DNA of 64,000 nucleotides from Squalus acanthias (lineage: Eukaryota): assembly GCA_030390025.1 (NCBI GenBank), contig CM059432.1, forward strand, positions 38,566,001-38,630,000, read 5' to 3'. The translations under genes were made by a program, and so were the position numbers. Below are positions 1 through 13,279 of this stretch, piece after piece. Position 1 is the stretch's first letter. Each line of letters opens with the position of its first letter. The notes under the pieces were generated by a model that searched no databases, was not told where the DNA came from, and saw only the letters and a list, made by a program, of their open reading frames with translations.

Positions 1-108
1 AGTTCCCCGTTTTCTCTCTCCCTCCTTTCTTAAATAGTGGGGTTACATTTGCCACCTTCCAATCCGCGGAAACCGTCCAGAATCTATGGAATTTTGGAAA
101 ATGACAAC
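1..108 (-). mobile_element. CR1 LINE ORF2 fragment (runs off window start)
   Basis: Near-identical to 9711-9819 inside the CR1 ORF2 ([18 protein letters not shown] region). Confidence 0.85.
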
Positions 109-1421
109 CGGAAGTGAAAATAACTTCTATTTTATATTGCTGCCTCAAAATACCTCATCATAATAGGGTGTGTTTCAAACTCGGGACGTGGATAAATGTT
201 TTTAAAATGGAAACATTTAAAGAGGTGTGAAGAAAGTGGGAACAAGTGAATAGCTTTTTCAAAGCACTGGCATGATGGGCCGAATGGCCTCCTTCTGTGC
301 TCTAACATTCAATGATTCAAACCAACCTTCACAATCAGCAAGTAGAAAGTTCTATCCAATTGATATGTAGCTCTTAGCACAAATCTATTATTTGCAAAAA
401 AAAGAAAATCTCTTGACAAATTTATTCAAGCATTTACAACTCTGACAGGTGATATCTGTTTTCTGTAAGTGAATAGTTTAGTCAGTGATAGCTTTGTGAC
501 GGGTCCCTTTTGGATCTAGTCATCTAGACAAGAATACCAGAGCTCTGCAAAATTCACATTTCATTAGCAAATCTGCATCCAGCAGGTTGGCACTGCAGTT
601 TGCTTTGTGGATCCTCATCCATAAAACAAGGGAAATCTGCAGCTATGCACTCTGCTTGCTGCTCCAGTCAGGCACCAGACCAGGGAAAATTAATGACATC
701 TAATGTACCAGTGACTGCTCATCAAGGGAAGCAAATGAGAGATTCCATTGTGGCTTCACTGCTGAGCTGAGTGAAGACTTTCACACAATGCCAAATCAGA
801 GATTTTATTTGTCACAAGCCCTGACACTAAAAATATGCTAAATTACCATATGTCCTTTACATTGTTTGAATAATCGGTGTCTGACAGCTAAAACAGAACA
901 ATAATCAGGTATCAGCTGGCTCTCTCCATAGACAGAGTGAAAATAAAATGTCAAAACACTGAGGGAAAGAGCTGGGAGCAGAGATTGTCATTTCACTAAT
1001 GTGGAAGGAAAGTTACAAGCAAATTGCAGATAGTTATTTTTAGTTATACCCACATTAGGGAAAATGTTCTGATTTCATGCTCCCTGGCAGGGAGCTTTGC
1101 TTGCCGAGAATGTATATCAGAAATTGTGGCTTGCGCTGCGCACAATTTTCCAACCATTTAAAATAATGGTCAAAAGATCGTGCACGCCTGAATTTCCAAC
1201 CTGCGTTCTCTGTGGGCAAGGCTCCCCACCAGAAGCACAAAATCTGAAAAGTATCCTACATTATGTCATAATCTCTAACTGCTTCCTTTCATTAAATTTT
1301 AAACCAATCCTGCTCGTTGAAATTAAATATTATTTTTCTTTTGCCAGCACCACAGCAGTGTAACAATCTGTAACGTGAAACAGTAGGACTTCGGCTCGTT
1401 CAAGCATCTTACACATAACAA

Positions 1422-2309
1422 AGACCAGAAATTCGGTATCGCCCCGTTTGGGCCGCAATTATCGGCCGGGCCCAAAGTTTAGCGCCTGGCGCTAATTATC
1501 GCCCCCGACTGCAAACTTGGCTTCTATCGCCCCTGGAGGTGATTCGAGCGCTAAATCAGGCACTACACACCTCTCTTAAGGCGCTAACGCCGAGGAGCGA
1601 GGTGTTACCTCAGAGTGCTGGCGAAGCTCATGTGATGTCAGTCAGCAGTGGAACACAGACACACTGGTGCCAGGCAGTTCTTAAAGGGGAGGGTCGATCT
1701 TGCTTTCCATCCACATCCTGCTCATTGCAGCCTTGAATCTCAGCCTGAGAGACCTGTACATCAAATCTGCTGGAAAGAACAATGGAGAGGCCCAGGGAAA
1801 GAGTTCAGAGTGCAGCCCCCATAGTCTCTTCTAAATCGATGCAAGGAAGGTCAAATCAAACTGAACCTGCAAAGTGCTGCTCAATACCCAAAACTCCTTC
1901 ACACAGCGTTGAATCTCTCCAGAAGTCTCTCTCTCTCAGAATGCGTGTTGCAAAAATGTCACCTACAAAAAAAGGCAGGAAGCGGTTGCCTTTAAGTAGC
2001 TCTCTCCCAGTCCCTTCCCAACTGCAAAATGCTCCCCTCAACCTGTCGTTGCTAGCGGCAGGCGGTAAGGCAGGGGGCGCCACTCAATATCCGGTCCGGG
2101 GCGCTACCAGGGCGCTGTACGCTCGACTGACGTCACGATCTGCGGGCGCAGGAGATCGTGGCAGAAGTGTTTAGCGCCGCCACAAAATGTCTGGTCAATT
2201 TCGCGAGTGGCGCAAACATCGCTGTGCCCGGGCGCTAGTTGCTTCGCTCCCCATTAGCACCCTCTTAGGGCGCTAACGGGAGGCACAAAGTAACCGAATT
2301 TTTCCCCCC
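1422..2309 (+). mobile_element. Non-autonomous Harbinger derivative (MITE family A), copy 1
   Basis: Colinear with 40869-41755 and 58036-58911; ends AGAAATTCGGT...ACCGAATTTTTCCCCC; many GGCGCTAA/TTAGCGCC subterminal motifs. Confidence 0.85.
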
Positions 2310-3751
2310 TGATCTTAGTCATGGTATGTGGTGGTTTAGTGCTTTCATATAGGGAGGGAATAACAGTGGGTGGGGGTAGGTGGCGGGGTACGGAGGGGGA
2401 GAGACTCAGGACAGCAGTTCTTGCTCACTTCTTTATAACTGGAACAAACATATCACAGACTTGGGATCAGGAAAGCCATCTGCTCACTATCCTGATTGTG
2501 AAAATTTACCTGTTTGGGCTGCTCTCTCCCACTGTTTTCATCTGGTGGGAAAGGCACAGCGGCTTCCTGCTCAGGCAATCATGTTAAAATTGCAGTCAGG
2601 TCCCAATGACATCATTAGGATGTGACATGTATATATAAAGAAGGACCCCACCGGCTTTGTACGGTCATCCTTGCCGCCTGCTCAGTGAAGCACATTAAAA
2701 TTCTGTACGGTTCGCTCCTGGCAGCTCCAGAGCAGGTAAATAACCTGGGCAATTTTAACTACCTACCTACTGACATGAATCTTGTCATTCATGTGGAAAT
2801 GACTTATGAAATAATACTGGGCGGCCTGCTGGTGGCGCTGTCCAGGGAGAGTATAAATACTCGGGCATGGGCCCAGCTTGCTCAGGACATTCTTTGACAG
2901 GAACTAGTGAAGGACACAACTAGATCTCCATGTTGAAAAACAGTTGATTAAAGCTTTGTTTAACGCTTAGACCAAGTGCCTAGTAGTTTTCTTACGTCAC
3001 CTACCTTCCTGGATTCTGCTGGGTAGGTAGGGTTAAAATTGCCCCCTGTACAGTTTATTCAACATTTACATATTATTAGAAATCTCACCTTTGCAGTACC
3101 GCCTGACTACAAACCCTTACTTCCTGTTGTCGATGTTTTTGTTACATTTTTGTGTCAATATTTTCCCTTATGAATTCTGTTGTCCACATTTATAATGGTA
3201 ATCACTTATGAAAACTTGTCACGCTGTCATTATACCCTCCAGCCAGTGGTAGTGCTGCACTGCCTTAGTTTTGATTCTCTTAAGCTCCTTGGTTTGCACT
3301 GCAGAGAAACTCCTATCCTCTGACCAACTCTATATTTCACTGCTTCCTAAATTGCTATTTACTATAAATAATTAGATAAATTAATATAATATAATTAAAA
3401 TTGCTACGAGAACTTTACAAAAGTTGACAGATAAATGCTGTTAAAAGATTATCCGTAGCATCTTGTTTATTTTCTCTCAAACTGAAATGTTTCTCTTCGC
3501 ATAGCAACTTTGTTCTATTTGTAATCACAGTGGAAATCTTAAATGTGCCTCCTGTACTAATCAAATGTCAGATCCCCTGAAGTGCAAAGTGAGGACATAA
3601 TGACTGACAAGCTAAAGCGTGAACCAGTGCAGCAATAAAAAGTGAATGCTTTAAAAATTGAATTCAGTAACCTTTCCATTGCAATTTCTCAGAATCTAAT
3701 AAGAATGAAAGACCACTTCTTGGCATAGTGGTTTATTGCACTGCTCTTTAA

Positions 3752-4207
3752 GGTGTCAGCCTTGACTCCGTGATAGCACTTTCACCTGAGTCAGAAGGTT
3801 GGTGGGTTCAATCCCGACTCCGAGACTTGAGCACATAATCTAGGCTGACACTTCAGTGCAATACTGAGGGAATGCTGTGCTGTTGGAGGTGCTGTCTTTC
3901 GGATGAGTTGTTAAATTAAGGCCTTGCCTGCCAACTTAGGTGTTTTGTAAAAGATTCAATGGTACTATTCAAAGAAGAACAGGGCAGTTGTCCTGGCCAA
4001 CATTTAGCCCTCAACCAATATCACTAAACTAGACTTTCTAGTTATTTATCTCATTGCTGATTTTGGGATCTTGCTGTGTAAATATTGGCTGCCATATTTC
4101 CCTACACTACAACAATGATAGCATTTCAAGAGTACTTCATTAGCTGTGAAGCACTTTGGGATGCTCTGAGGTAATGAAAGGCGCTATATAAATGCACGTT
4201 CTTTCTT
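3752..4207 (+). mobile_element. tRNA-derived DeuSINE-like SINE (SacSINE1-like)
   Basis: A/B-box-like head (TAGCAC...GGTTCAATCC); similar to 53053-53500 and 60271-60684; L2-like tail GGCGCTATATAAATGC. Confidence 0.65.
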
Positions 4208-4307
4208 TATAACCTCTAATATTTGGTTTTGTCCAGTCTAGACGGATGGGATAAAATCTCCCTCTCTCTACTGGCTGCAACATACAAGAAATAAGTTTAC
4301 ACAATCT

Positions 4308-5528
4308 TAGAAACATAGAAACATAGAAAAATAGGAGCAGGAGTAGGCCATTCGGTCCTTCGAGCCTGCTCCGCCATTCAATGAGATCATGGCTGATCCC
4401 CTATCTCAATACCATATTCCCGCTCTCTCCCCATACCCCTTGATGCCTTTTGTGTCTAGAAATTTATCTATCTTCTTCTTAAATATATTCAGTGACTTGG
4501 CCTCCACAGCCTTCTGTGGTAGAGAATTCCATAGGTTCACCACCCTCTGAGTGAAGAAATTTCTCCTCATCTCAGTCCTAAATGTCCTACCCCATATCCT
4601 GAGACTGTGACTCCTCGTTCTAGACCCCCCAGCCAGGGGAAACATCCTCCCTGCATCCAGTCTGTCTAGCCCTGTCAGAATTTTATACGTTTCAACGCGA
4701 TCCCCTCTCAATCTTCTAAACTCTAGTGAATACAAGCCTAGTCGACCCAATCTCTCCTCATACGACAGTCCTGCCATCCCAGGAATCAGTCTGGTGAACC
4801 TTTGCTGCACTCCCTCTATGACAAGTATATCCTTTTTTAGGTAAGGAGACCAAAACTGCACACAATACTCCAGGTGTGATCTCACCAAGGCGCTGTACAA
4901 CTGTAGTAAGGCATCCTTGCTCCTGTACTCAAATCCTCTTGCAATGAAGGCCAACAGACCATTTGCCTTCCTAACTGCTTGCTGCACCTGCATGTTTGCT
5001 TTCAGTGACTGGTGTACAAGGGCACCCAGGTCCCTTTGTACATCAGCATTTCCCAATCTAGCACCATTTAAATAATACACTGCCTTTCTGTTTTTCCTAC
5101 CGAAGTGGATAACTTCACATTTATCCACGTTATACTGCATCTGCCATGTATTTGCCCACTCACTCAACTTGTCTAAATCGCCTTGAAGCCTCTTTGCATC
5201 CTCCTCACAACTCACAATCCCACCTAGTTTCGTGTCATCAGCAAACTTGGAAATATTACATTTGGTTCCCTCATCCAAATCATTGATATATATTGTGAAT
5301 AGCTGGGGCCCAAGCACTGATCCCGGCAGTACCCCACTAGTCACCGCCTGCCACCCCGAAAAAGACCCATTTATTCCTACTCTCTGTTTCCTGTCTGTTA
5401 ACCAATTTTCAATCCATGCCAGTATATTACCCCCAATCCCATGTGCTTTAATTTTGCACTCTAACCTCTTATGTTGGACTTTATCAAAGGCCTTCTGAAA
5501 ATCCGAATACACCACATCCACTGGTTCT
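4308..5528 (-). mobile_element. 5'-truncated CR1 LINE; RT-domain ORF 4406-5521 uninterrupted
   Basis: [33 protein letters not shown] motifs; (TTCTATGT)n-type 3' tail. Confidence 0.95.
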
Positions 5529-7227
5529 TAATACAATCCTGAATGGATGTGGCTCTACAGCACGACAAAGTCTTCAATTTGGCAATTAGCGTGACACCTT
5601 CAAAGTGCTCCACATCTCAAGTCTTAACAGAATCTGCCTGCAAGATGCATGATCATTTACTGACACCCAGGTTTCAGTTGTGCATCTTGGAGATTTTGAT
5701 GCATGCTACACACGATTTTCTGAACAATTAAAATAATGGTTGGTTTGTTGTACGCTGTCCGCACTTGAATTTCCAATAGGCACTGATCGGAACGCAAAGG
5801 TCAAAAATTACCCCTTTAATACAAAGGAACAGACTTGGAGAAAGGCTCAGAAATGTAGCGGCCGTGAAACCCGGAAATGCGGGGAACGTGGAGGTCCTGC
5901 TGAATTTAACTGCAGGACCGCATTTGAAATTTTTTTCTCTGTTTCCCAGCTGGTAGCCAGCCAGATTAAGAGGCTGGCTGGCTGATGAGCTGGAAGGCCA
6001 CAGCCAGGGAGCGGAGAGGAGGGAGGGAGGGAGAGAGAGATCGCAGCGGGGAGGTTGAAGAGATTGTAGGTGGTGGTGGGGGAGCTCACAGAAGAGTTCA
6101 GATCACGGGTTGGGGGGTAGAATTACCATTTTTGCATATGTTCTCTCCTTAGTCTTCCTCCCAAAATATATTCACCTCACATTTCTCTGCATTAAATTGT
6201 GTCTGAGACTTATCAATCCAATCTACTAACTCTGGAGAAACGTTACTAGTTGTTTGTAAAGGTGATGATGTGTGTAATTATATTACTGATTAAAAATAAT
6301 CTCTTTGTAATTTCTTTTCAAGTTAAAGAAAAAGCCTGCTAAAGTCTGCATTATAATTATTCTGCGCTAGAATGGCAACTGCATCTGCTGCAGAGCAGGC
6401 ATTCCCAGTGGTTAGTACAGTGGGTGTGGAAACTAAGACCTGGATTATAATTGCCAGCTGATTTCCCACCCACCGGCAGGGCGGGTAGGGTTAAAATCGC
6501 TCCCTGAGGTTTCAAACCAGGTCATTATTAGCTGTTCCGTGACTGGCGTATCTGAAAAATGCCTGAGAGGATCAAGAGGGTAAAGGTGCCTCTAAATGTG
6601 ATACTAGGCCATACAAAGTTAACAGTTTTGAATCAAAGTCTGTACTGAAATAGTTGGTCGCAACTGGGAGAACAATTGGGGTGGTCTTGGAACCACTATG
6701 GTAGGGAAGAGAATAATCAGTCAGAAATCCCACTCCCGATTGCTATATATTAACTCATGCGAAAAAGTATGCAGTGCAGGGATTGGATGGAGACAGGGTC
6801 AAGTTTAGCTGTGATAGCTCTCCATGGTTGAATAACCTATCAGCACTATTGGATGAATGCCTGTTAGCTGCATTCCCATTAGCTCAATGATCTAATTAAT
6901 CGAATTGTCCTTATTGTCATCTTTGAAATGTTACAATGGCCCCATGATGCTTCTCCTAAGAGCAGCCCAAGGGCCAGTATCACAAGAGGTGGTTGGCTGC
7001 TCATGTTCTACTCACTGAGGGGGCATCCCTCTCATGGCAGCTTGTTCCTGGCAGGAGGCTTCTGCTGGCTGCATCTCTGGAGCTTGTTGCTGGGCAACCT
7101 GGTGTCGCCTCTCACATTCCACTGGTGCGGCGCTCTGAGGGGAAAGGCTGGAGGCATCGCTTGAGCTGCTGTCCTGAGTAGCAGTATCAGACAGCCGGGC
7201 AATTCCAGCTGTCACTATTCCACTGCG

Positions 7228-7524
7228 CACCACAGTGCAGATAGAGGCCATTTCGGCCCATCGAGCCTGCACCGACACATATCCCACCCTATCCCCGTAA
7301 CCCCACGTATTTAATCCCCCCTAACACTAAGGGTCAATTTATCATAGCCAAATCAACCTAACCCGCACATCTTTGGACTGTGGGAGGAAACCAGAGCACC
7401 CGAAGGAAACCCACGCAGACACGGGGAGAAGGTGCAAACTCCACACAGACAGTCACCCGAGGCCGGATTCGAACCCGGGTCCCTGGCGCTGTGAGGCAAC
7501 AGTGCTAACCACTATGCCACCGTG
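7228..7524 (-). mobile_element. tRNA-derived V-SINE (HE1-like)
   Basis: A box TGGCATAGTGG, B box GGTTCGAATCC, V-domain-like TGTGTGGAGTTTGCAC...CTCCCACAGTCCAAAGA, CR1-like 3' end; near-identical to 36901-37212. Confidence 0.85.
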
Positions 7525-8273
7525 TTGCACCGGATGTGTATCCCCATAAATGTTCCCCTTAATTTTTTTTTGGTGCGCGGCCCATTCACAGTTTCGTCCA
7601 TGCGCAAAACTTAACATTGAAAATGCCGGTCCCGGGCTGGGTGAGACCAGCGGCTGCGCAGCTTAGAGGGATCAATGATCCCCATTGATCACTGGAATGA
7701 CTGATATGATGGCAGCAATCAAATGCTGAAAGCCCTGAGACAGCATCCTGCATTGCGGCTGCCATAAGAACATAAGAACATAAGAAATAGGAGCAGGAGT
7801 AGGCCATTTGGCCCTTCGAGCCTGCTCCGCCATTCAATCAGATCATGGCTGATCTTCTACCTCATCTCCACTTTCCTGCACTATCCCCAGATCCCTTGAT
7901 TCCTTTAATATCCAAAAATCTATCGGTCTCTATCTTGAATATACTCAACGACTGAGCCTCCACAGCCCTCTGCGGTAGAGAATTCCAAAGATTCGCCACC
8001 CTCTGAGTGAAGAAATATCTCCTCATCTCAGTCCTAAATGGTCGACCCCTTAATCTGAGACTGTGACCCCTAGTTCTAGACTCCCCAGCCAGGGGAAACA
8101 TCCTCCCTGTATCTACCCCGTCAAGCCCTGTAAGAATTTTGTATGTTTCAATGAGATCACCTCCCATTCTTTTAAACTCTAGAGAATATAGGCCTAGTCT
8201 ACTCAATCTGTCCTCATAAGACAATCCCCCCATCCCAGGAATCAGTCTGGTGAACGTTCATTGCACTCCTTCT

Positions 8274-8810
8274 AGAACATAAGAAACAGGAGCAGGAGTA
8301 GACCAATCGGCCTCTCAAGCCTGCTCCGCCATTCAATAAGATCATGGCTGATCCAATCTTGTCCTCAACACCACTTTCCCGCTTTCTCCCCATACCCCTT
8401 GACTCCCTTGTAGTTCAAATGTCTGTCAATCTCCGCCTTGAATATATTCAGTGACTCCGCCTCCACAGCTCTCCAGGGTAGAGAATTCCAAAGATTCACA
8501 ACCCTCTGAAAAAGAAATTCCTTCTCATCTCCATCTTAAATGGGCGACCCCTTATTCTGAAACTATGCCCCCTAGTTCTAGATACCCCCACTAGGGGAAA
8601 CATCTTCTCAGCATCCACCCTGTCAATCCCCCTCAGAATCTTATATGTTTCAATAAGATCACCTCTCATTCTTCTAAACTCCAATGAGTATAGGCCCAAC
8701 CTGCTCAACCTTTCGTCATACGTCAACCCCTTCATCCCAGGAATCAACCTAGTGAACCTTCTCTGTACTGCCTCCAATGCAAGTATATCCTTCCTTAAAT
8801 ATGGAGACCA
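8274..8810 (-). mobile_element. CR1 3' fragment nested co-directionally in the older CR1
   Basis: Has its own 3' tail at 8274; host sequence GCACTCCTTCT (ending ~8273) continues as ATTGCAAGTAT at 8812; explains the apparent duplication of PYLRKDILA. Confidence 0.8.
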
Positions 8811-9850
8811 TATTGCAAGTATATCCTTCCTTAGGTAAGGAAACCAAAACTGTACACAATACTGGAGGTGTTGTCTCACCAGGGCCCTATATAATTAAAG
8901 TAAGACATCTTTACTCTTATATTCAAATCCTCTTGTAATAAAGGCCAACATACCATTTGCTTTCCTAATTGCTTGCTGTACCTGCATGTTAACTTTCAGT
9001 GATTTGTGTACAAGGACAGCCAGGTCCCTCTGAACACCAACATTTCCCAATCTCTCACCATTTAAAAAATACTCTGCTTTTCTATTTTTCCTACCAAAGT
9101 GGATAACTTCACATTTCTCCACATTATATTCCATTTGCCATGTTCTTGCCCACTCACTTAGCTTGTCTATATCCTCTTGAAGCCTCTTTGCATCCTCCTC
9201 ACAACCTAGATTCCCACCCAGCTTTGTATCATCAGCAAACTTGGATATATTACATTTGGTCCCCTCATCCAAATCATTGCTATAGATTGTGAATAGCTGA
9301 GGCCAAAGCACTGATCCTTGCGGTACCCCACTAGTTACAGCCTGCCAACCCGAAAATGACCCGTTTATTCCTACTCTCTGTTTTCTGTCCATTAACCAAT
9401 CCTCAATCCATGCTAGTATATTACCCCCAATCCCATGAGCCCTAATTTTGTTTAATAACCTCTTGTGTGGCACCTTATCGAATGCCTTCTGTAAATCCAA
9501 ATACCCCACATCCACTGGTTCCCCCTTATCTATTCTGCTAGTTACAACCTCAAAAAACGCTAACAGATTCGTCAAACACGATTTCCCTTTCATAAATCCG
9601 TGTTGACTCTGCCCAATCCCATTATTATTTTCTAAGTGTCCTGTTACCACGTCCTTAATAATAGATTCTAGCATTTTCCCTACTACTGATGTCAGGCTAA
9701 CTGGTCTGTAGTTCCCCGTTTTCTCTCTCCCTCCTTTCTTAAATAGTGGGGTTACATTTGCTACCTTCCAATCCATGGGAACAGTTCTAGAATCTATGGA
9801 AATTTGGAAAATGACAACCAATGCATCCACTATCTCTATAACCACCTCTT

Positions 9851-10396
9851 CTATAGCTGCCTCCGCAAGATCCTGCAAATCCATTAGCAGGATAGGCGCA
9901 CCAACGTCAGTGTTCTCGCTTAGGCCAACATCCACAGCATCGAAGTTTTGACCACGCTCGATCAGCTCCGATGGCCGGGTCACATCGTCCGCATGCCCGA
10001 TAAGAGACTCCCAAAACAAGCGCTCTACTCGGAGCTCTGACACGGCAAGAGAGGGTGGGCAGAGGAAACGCTTCAAGGACACCCTCAAAGCCTCCTTGAA
10101 AAAGTGCAACATCCCCACCGATACCTGGGAATCCCTGGCCCAAGACCACACAAAGTGGAGGAGAAGCATTCGGGAAGGCACCGAACACCTCGAGTCTCTT
10201 CGCCGGGGGCAAGTGGAAGCCAAGTGCAAGGAGCGCACAACAACCGAAGCACCCCACCCACCCGCCTCTTCAACCACCGCCTGCCCCACCTGTGACAGAG
10301 ACTGTAGGTCCCGCCTTGGACGAATCAGTCACCTGAGAACTCATTTTTAATGTGGAAGCAAGTCATCCTCGGTTCCGAGACACTGCCTAAGAGAGA
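9851..10396 (+). mobile_element. RTE-clade LINE 3' fragment
   Basis: CLRKILQI, QLRW.GHIVRM, RLPKQ, GGQRKRFKDTLK and C-terminal CPTC...HLRTH; imperfect ~11-bp TSD A(A/G)CCAC(C/T)TCTT. Confidence 0.85.
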
Positions 10397-10590
10397 GCCA
10401 CTTCTTTCAAAACCCTAGGATGTAGGCCATCAGGTCATGGGGATTTATTGGCTTTCAGTCCCATTAATTTCTCCAGTACTATTTTTTTACTAATACTAAT
10501 TTCTTTCAGTTCCTCATTCTCGCTAGACCCTTGGTTCTCCACTATTTCTGGGAAGTTTTTTTACGTCTTCTTCCATGAAGACAGACACAA

Positions 10591-12195
10591 GGCTTGGATT
10601 TTATTAATGGAGTAGGGTTGGGTGCGGGTCAGGTGGTTTCCGGCTTCTAGTCCCGTCCACGGACGTGAATTTGCCTTGATTGACATTGTTAAGCCCTCCC
10701 TGCGGGCTTGCCGGTCAATTAACAGGAAGCGGGTCAGATGACGTCATTTGATGATGCGTCATCTCCCGGTTTCCTTCAAGGGACCATGCACAATTTTATT
10801 TTGACAGTTGATTTCTCAGTGTTTGACAGCATTAAGGTGCTGCAAACACTGACAATCACTGCACAAAGGTGACCTCTTGCACCCAGACTCTCCAATGACT
10901 CCCTCCATAGGCTGGATAGATGGCAGCTGCAGGTGAGGTGACAGAAGCGATGTCACTGGTGAGAGAGGTTCGCCCAATGAGGTGGCACTGGACATGGATT
11001 TCAAAACTTGTAACCTAAAGATATGTGTAAATGTATTAAAAATGCAGTACCCAACAATGGCCCAGAAATTAAACATCGATGGTTCCCGCGGGGGTAAGGA
11101 TTCCCCGCGATATCGCACTCCGTGCCTACCTTTTTGTTTCGGGCCCACACGAACTTCAGTTTCAGGGCCTCTCCCTGTTGCAACCGTGCAGTGCTTGCGT
11201 GTCCCAGAGGCGCAATTAGTTCGTGCGAGCTCTGGGATCACGTGATTCAGTTAGAGCCAATGGCAGCACACCATCACTCATTCATAGTTTTCACAGCAAG
11301 GGCTGTCAAAGCTATGAATACTACAAGCCCCCAAAAGAACAGCTAAACCTCAATTAAATTTAAAAAAAAGCCATCACATTAATAAAATAACTATAGTTAA
11401 ATAAATTAACCACTTTAAACAAAAAATTAAATTTTTGAAAAAATTTAAAATCTTTTTAAAAGTTATAAAAATAAACTTACCTTTCTTTAAAGTCTCTAAA
11501 AAAGATAAACCTGTTGAAAAAAATTTAAAATAACACTTAATTAACTACTTACCTTGTTAAAAGGGGGTCTTACGCCTGCTTTCTTTATGTGTAAAATCTT
11601 CACCACTTACCTGCGCGTTCAAACCTGAAAAAAAAACTAAGTGCACTGCGTGCGCACAGCCTGTAGTGCGCACGCGGTTCACTTAGGAACCGCCCCCTTT
11701 GCAATACACGAAGTGCCGGTTTCCCGTGCATGCGCAGTGCATGCAGGAAACCGGCAATTCGGGACCTAATACGCGAGAGTACACAGTGCGTACTCTCGCG
11801 TATTAGGTCTAATTTTCGGGCCATTTTCTTTCATCTGAGACTCACCATGTGCAACATTGGATCCTGTCATCAATCCAGAAACATTACAGCAGACTCACAA
11901 CACGTCACACTTACCTGGCGTGGTGTCCGGACGTCGGGAAACCCGAGCCAGAAGCGGCAAAATTCAAAAATAGGCTGACAACTACTGGCAACTACCTGTT
12001 AATAGGCAACTAATTGCCTTTAATCCTCTTCCCGCCACTAGGTGTTGGGTCCATTCGCAAATCAGGGACCTGACACTTGGGAAAGCTGTTTGGAGGCAGG
12101 TTGATGGTGGGATCGCAACCCGCCATCAATCAAAATGATTTTAACCTATGACCCGCCTCCAAACCTGCCCTCTGAGCACTGGCAAAATCGCGGCC
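10591..12195 (+). mobile_element. Non-autonomous Harbinger derivative (family C), containing nested MITE B
   Basis: Imperfect TIRs GGCTTGGATTTT / AAAATCGCGGCC; interrupts CR1; 10730-10920 homologous to the reverse complement of 28600-28750 (Myb 5' remnant). Confidence 0.75.
11059..11822. mobile_element. MITE family B, copy 1 (Harbinger-type TIR/TSD)
   Basis: TIR GGCCCAGAAATT...AATTTTCGGGCC; flanks AAT/ATT; homologous to 17656-18421 and 51864-52626. Confidence 0.85.
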
Positions 12196-13021
12196 AAAGT
12201 ATTTGTTTAATTTCTCTGCCATTTCCTTATTCCCCATTATAATTTCTGTTGTCTCAGCCTGTAAGGGACCCACATTTACTTTCGCTAATCTTTTCCTTTT
12301 TACATACCTATAGAAGCTTTTATAGACTGTTTTTATGTCTCTCGTTCGTTTACTCTCATATTCTATTTTCCCTTTCTTTATCAATTTCTTGGTCCTCCTT
12401 TGCTGAATTCTAAAATCTTCCCAATCCTCAGGCTTACTATTCTTTTTGGCAACATTATAAGCCTCTTCCTTTGATCTAATACTATCTTTAACTTCTCTTG
12501 TTAGCCGCGGTTGGACCACTTTTCCTGTGGGTTTTTTGTGCCTTAAAGAAATGTATATTTGTTGTAAATTATGCATTAATTCTTTAAATGCTAGCCATTG
12601 CTTCTCTACCATCATACCTTTTGATGTAGTTTCCCAATCTACCTTAGCCAACTCGCCCCTCATACCTACGTAGTTTGCTTTGTTTAGATTTAAGAACCTA
12701 GTTTCGGATTTAACTAAATCACTTTCAAACTCAATATAAAATTCTATCATATTATGGTCACTCTTCCCTAAAGGCCGCTTTACTACAAGGTTATTAATTA
12801 ACCCTTTCTAGTTGCACAATACTAGATCTAAAATAGCCTGTTCCCTAGTTGGTTCCTCAACATACTGATCTAGAAAACTATCTTGCATACATCCCATGAA
12901 TTCGTCCTCCACACTATTACTGCAAATTTGGTTTGCCCAGTCTATATGTAGATTAAAGTCCCCCATGATTACTGTATTACCCTTGTTACATGCGCCTCTA
13001 ATTTCCTGATTTATACTCTGC

Positions 13022-13259
13022 TGTTGTGGCTGTCGCGAAACACGAATTAAGGCTGAATCCATGTGTGTTAAACAAGAGACTTTTTAATCACAGCATGGCA
13101 CAAAATGGCTGAACAGAAAAGCTCCCAGAATTCTCTGGGCAAACCCTGAGGCCCTGCCCACTCCTGCCTTAAAGGTAAGGTGCCTTAAAGGGAAGGTGCT
13201 GGATATTTGTCCACGGACGGAAGAGTAGAAAATGCCCGTTTAGGTGGCGATCCGCCACA
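13022..13259 (-). repeat. Gypsy 3' LTR
   Basis: Direct repeat of 17130-17367 (about 7 mismatches by eye). Confidence 0.95.
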
Positions 13260-13279
13260 CAGCTACCCCCAGAATCCGC

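Noticed and set aside
1782..2174. 130-aa ORF repeated at 58169-58561 as a gene family
   Set aside because: Lies inside MITE A and is broken in copy 2. Only the first residues match the Myb start, and conservation is explained by copy similarity.
8895..10289. 464-aa ORF as a novel RT fusion protein
   Set aside because: Chance read-through from the antisense strand of the RTE insert into the CR1 RT.
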